DNA of 63,398 nucleotides, counting the filler, from Trichodelitschia bisporula (lineage: Eukaryota), in assembly GCA_010356995.1 (NCBI GenBank). It is 6 parts of 4 records of this genome, joined end to end, with 100 filler letters (N's around TTAATTAATTAA, not from the genome) between each part and the next. Parts side by side here need not be neighbours in the genome. Positions count along the whole stretch, not along the records: positions 60,253 to 63,398 come from ML996717.1; 5 more parts are not named here. One strand, written 5' to 3'. Position 1 is the first letter of the stretch; every line of letters begins with the position of its first letter. Shown piece after piece: positions 60,253 through 63,398 of the stretch. The notes beneath the pieces were generated by a model, which ran no database searches, was not told the DNA's origin, and worked only from the letters and a program-made list of their open reading frames with translations. Both the position numbers and the translations under genes were made by a program.

Positions 60253-61711
60253 ACAGATCGCGTCTGCTCGCTGAACAAAGCGCTGTACGGTCTGAAGCAG
60301 TCCCCGCGAATCTGGTACAACACCCTGTCGGCCTTCCTGGCAGAGCTGGACTTCCAACCTCTCTCGTCCGACATGGGTGTGTTTTCAAAGGGAAACACGT
60401 ACATCGCCGTGTATGTTGACGACCTCCTCATCGCCGGACCTTCGGAGAACGAGGTACAACAGATCAAGGATGCCCTCAAAGCACGCTTCGAAATGGTGGA
60501 CCTGGGCCCCTGTGCGTTCTATCTCGGCATCTCAATCCGGCGAGACCGCCAGAACAGGGCCATCTTTCTCGGTCAGCGTGCCTACATTGAAAGGTCCTTC
60601 GCGACTTTGACATGCTGGACGGGAAGCCGACAGTCACTCCCATGGCAACCGACAAGATCGTTCCAGCACCCGATGACTTCCAGGCCCCTCAGAGCCTCAA
60701 GACCTGGTACGCCAAAGCGATCGGTTGCCTCATGTACGCCATGCTTGGTACCAGACCCGACATCGCATACGCTGTTTCCGTCTGTAGTCGCTTCCTCGCG
60801 AACCCTGGACCCCAGCACGAAACGGCGGTCAAGAGGATCTTTCGCTACCTTCGTGGCACCATGGACATGGAACTTGTGTACCGCGGCTCACTGGAAGCTC
60901 TGGCTGGTTACACCGACTCTGACTGGGCGGGGGATTCATCCACGAGGCGATCAACGGCCGGATACATCTTCAACCTCGGAAGTGGAGCAGTGAGCTGGTC
61001 ATCGAAGCGCCAGAGTGTTGTTGCACTGTCATCATGCGAAGCGGAATACATGGGGCAGACGCAAGCAACTAAAGAAGCTGTCTGGTTGCGCAACCTGCTA
61101 AAGGAACTTCTCAAACACGACGAGCCAGCAGCTACTGTCATCTTCGGAGACAACCAAGGCGCCATCTCGCTGGCAAAGAACCCTCAATTTCACGCCAGAT
61201 CGAAGCACATCGCCATTCAGCACCACTTTGTACGCGAGAAGCAGGCGGAGGGGGTCATCGACCTGCGGTACATCTCGACAAAGGAGCAGATCGCTGACGG
61301 ACTCACCAAGGCCTTGCCAAAGGATCCCTTTCTGGCTTTCAGGAAAGCTTTGGGGCTGGAGTGTCGCTTCGGACGGGAAAGCAATGGGTAAAGGCTTCTG
61401 GCACTCTTTTCCCTCGTTTTTCCCAAAGGGTTTTTTGAGGTTTTAATGAGGCCAGACACTGCCAACCCCTTCTTGTTTTTGTCCCTCTTGGAGTTTATTC
61501 CATCCCGGGACATGGGAGGCAGTGGGAGCTCACGGTTAGTGCACTTCCATCCACCTCAGTTTGAGTGGGAGTGTTGAATTTGTGGCGGCAACCTGGGGTG
61601 GCTGGAGTGGAGCCAGGAGACAGGGGTTGTCTCCTGGTGAGGTATATAGTCAGCTCACTTCCCACTGCTAGTCAATCAAGCAACTGGTCATGTTCACACT
61701 TCGTTTCAACA
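60253..61711 (+). mobile_element. 3' part of a Ty1/Copia retrotransposon: RT + RNase H, PPT, 3' LTR (family B, 61572-61711)
   Basis: KALYGLKQSPRIW, YVDDLL, TRPDIAYAVS, YTDSDWAGD..RRST.GY, SSCEAEY, DNQGAI, RSKHI, ADGLTKAL. One frameshift near 60590. TTGAGTGGGAG PPT abuts TGTTGAA...TTCAACA. Confidence 0.93.
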
Positions 61712-62550
61712 GTAAGAATGTGGGTGGTTCTTGTAGAAGATTATTAGCATGCAAATGCCAAACTGAAGTTACTTACGGTTTGGGATTTCGCTCATATCCT
61801 TTGTGAAAGACAAGGTTGATTTCCAGAACCAGCTTCTGTCTCATCCGTTCGGAATCGCGGACTAAGGAGAGCCTGACATGCTCATAACAAAGTACTTTGG
61901 GTGATCCCCCAAGATCTTCTCTGGCGTACTCCGGCTCAAGCAATGCCGCTGGCCTTGTTGCCGTAGCCATCGAAATCAGTATAACCAAGGCCACTTGGAC
62001 TCGTAATCTCTCGTTGGTATACTGCAGCCTGTCCCATTTCCAAAGGTGGTTGAGAAGGATGGTCATATCGGCAAAGCTTAGGACAGGCTTCGGCTGTCGT
62101 TCTCTACTGAGTCCATGCTCAGAGGCTAGATCCAAAGAGATGAACTATACAAAATTAGTTTCCCGTTTATCAAGATGAGTCTCTTACTGAATTGACACGC
62201 TTCCTGTCCTCAAGACTCCACACTCGGTGATGCGGTATTTGTCTTCGAGCGGTGTGCCACCGGTCATAGTAGGCGTTAATAGTTATCTCTTTTCGGATTC
62301 CCGTTTGCGTGTCCAAAGTCCATTTCAGAAACAACATAACCAGCTCAGGGTCAGCCTCCGCCATACACTTTTCAGGGTTACTGAAAAGTGCATCTCCATT
62401 AGGAATATCGGAGGCTCGTGCAGCTTCACAGAACTCTTTCCATTGATGGCGGGTTCGGCTCAGGTTGTGTTTTGACGATTTCGAGTATCTTGCCTCCACT
62501 CGGCGGCTTCTCAGCCTAGAGAGAAGGTGAGCGAAGTTTTGCGTCGACAT
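61712..62550 (-). pseudogene. DUF3435 tyrosine recombinase (Starship captain-like), N-terminal half, interrupted by the Copia element
   Basis: QWKEFC, LFLKW, KPVLSFAD..LL.HLWKWD...NERLRVQVALVILISMATATRPAALL, LCYEHVRLSLVR, LVLEINLVFHKG. Introns 62145-62187 and 61730-61776; exon 3 is cut after 18 nt by the LTR. Confidence 0.82.
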
Positions 62551-63398
62551 TTTGATCGAGGGCAGAAGGTTGACTTCCGAACCTGCAGTGGTCTTCGGAG
62601 ATATTTAAGTCAGAGCATTAACTAGTTTACCTCCTAGCCCTCCTAAGGACCATCTAACAACGCCCCTACCGAAGGCATCTAAGGACGCCTTATTCGTCGT
62701 CCTGGAAATTTGAGAAGTTGAAAAGAAGAATCGACAATTCCCTTACGTAGTCGCGCGCTTAATAATGGCAACTTTAATTGGACGATACTCGCCAAGCCTG
62801 ATGACAAAGGATATATGACGGCAGTGTAAATTCAGAGTTTACCAAATTGGGAACGCGACCATAGATACAGTCTCTGAACTACGGCCGCATTTTTGCGGCA
62901 AAATGCACACCGCCTTAACTAAGCTGCTGACTAATGTAGATACCGTACTACAGAGATGGAAAACGCGGCTAGGCGGCAGGGTGCGACTAGTCGCACACCC
63001 CCTTAGCCTTCGTGTACACCCCTTCCGCACCCCACCAATAAGACCGACGAGATCGTTCCCCGCGCGGCCGTGCGAGCCCTGAAGCGACAGGGTCGATGCA
63101 CCGCCGGGCACCCGATAATAAATTGCGAAAGTGGTACCAATCGATAGAGCTCGACGATGCGATCGTTTATCTGTCTTTCTTATTTTGATATCTCTTTATG
63201 CAGCCTCTGCATCGTGCTACAAAGGGCTTGGCCAATGTCACTGTCTGTCACGGGCAACGTCTGGGACATCAAATGTACTGATGCGTGTATGACTGAAAAT
63301 ACTGCTATGAAGAGGAAACGTGAAAGGTCTAGAACTGAAATGCAGGTGCGGGGTGGCAGTGGACCCTGGGCTTGGCACCGAGCGGCTGCATCACGTGG

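Noticed and set aside
62551..63398. Exact Starship boundary or target-site motif
   Set aside because: No convincing terminal repeat or TSD can be identified without an empty-site comparison.

Overview
Fungal (Pezizomycotina, probably Dothideomycete-like) draft-genome window made of several contigs joined by 100-nt N spacers that carry a TTAATTAATTAA linker. Blocks of conserved genes (ALT1, RPN7, ABD1, BET2, MOG1, dienelactone hydrolase, glyoxalase, tRNA-Pro and tRNA-Arg) alternate with accessory, repeat-rich DNA. Highlights: (1) a ~14-kb neighbourhood with two secreted proteins carrying PHM/dopamine-beta-hydroxylase-like copper ligand patterns (HH ... HxH ... C-terminal Met), a secreted BBE-type FAD oxidase, two decayed PTH11-like receptors and a VOC enzyme, which may be an undescribed extracellular copper-monooxygenase system; (2) a DUF3435 Starship-type captain tyrosine recombinase cut by a Copia insertion; (3) PNP-NACHT(-WD40) NLR genes and fragments; (4) a duplicated mosaic in which pieces of the cohesin loader Scc2, NLR fragments and retrotransposon parts are joined exactly at short solo LTRs of two families; (5) a frameshifted P-loop NTPase plus restriction-endonuclease-fold (Crinkler-like) gene. 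All family calls come from motif recognition by eye; no database searches were run. Several frameshifts lie in homopolymers and may be sequencing errors.
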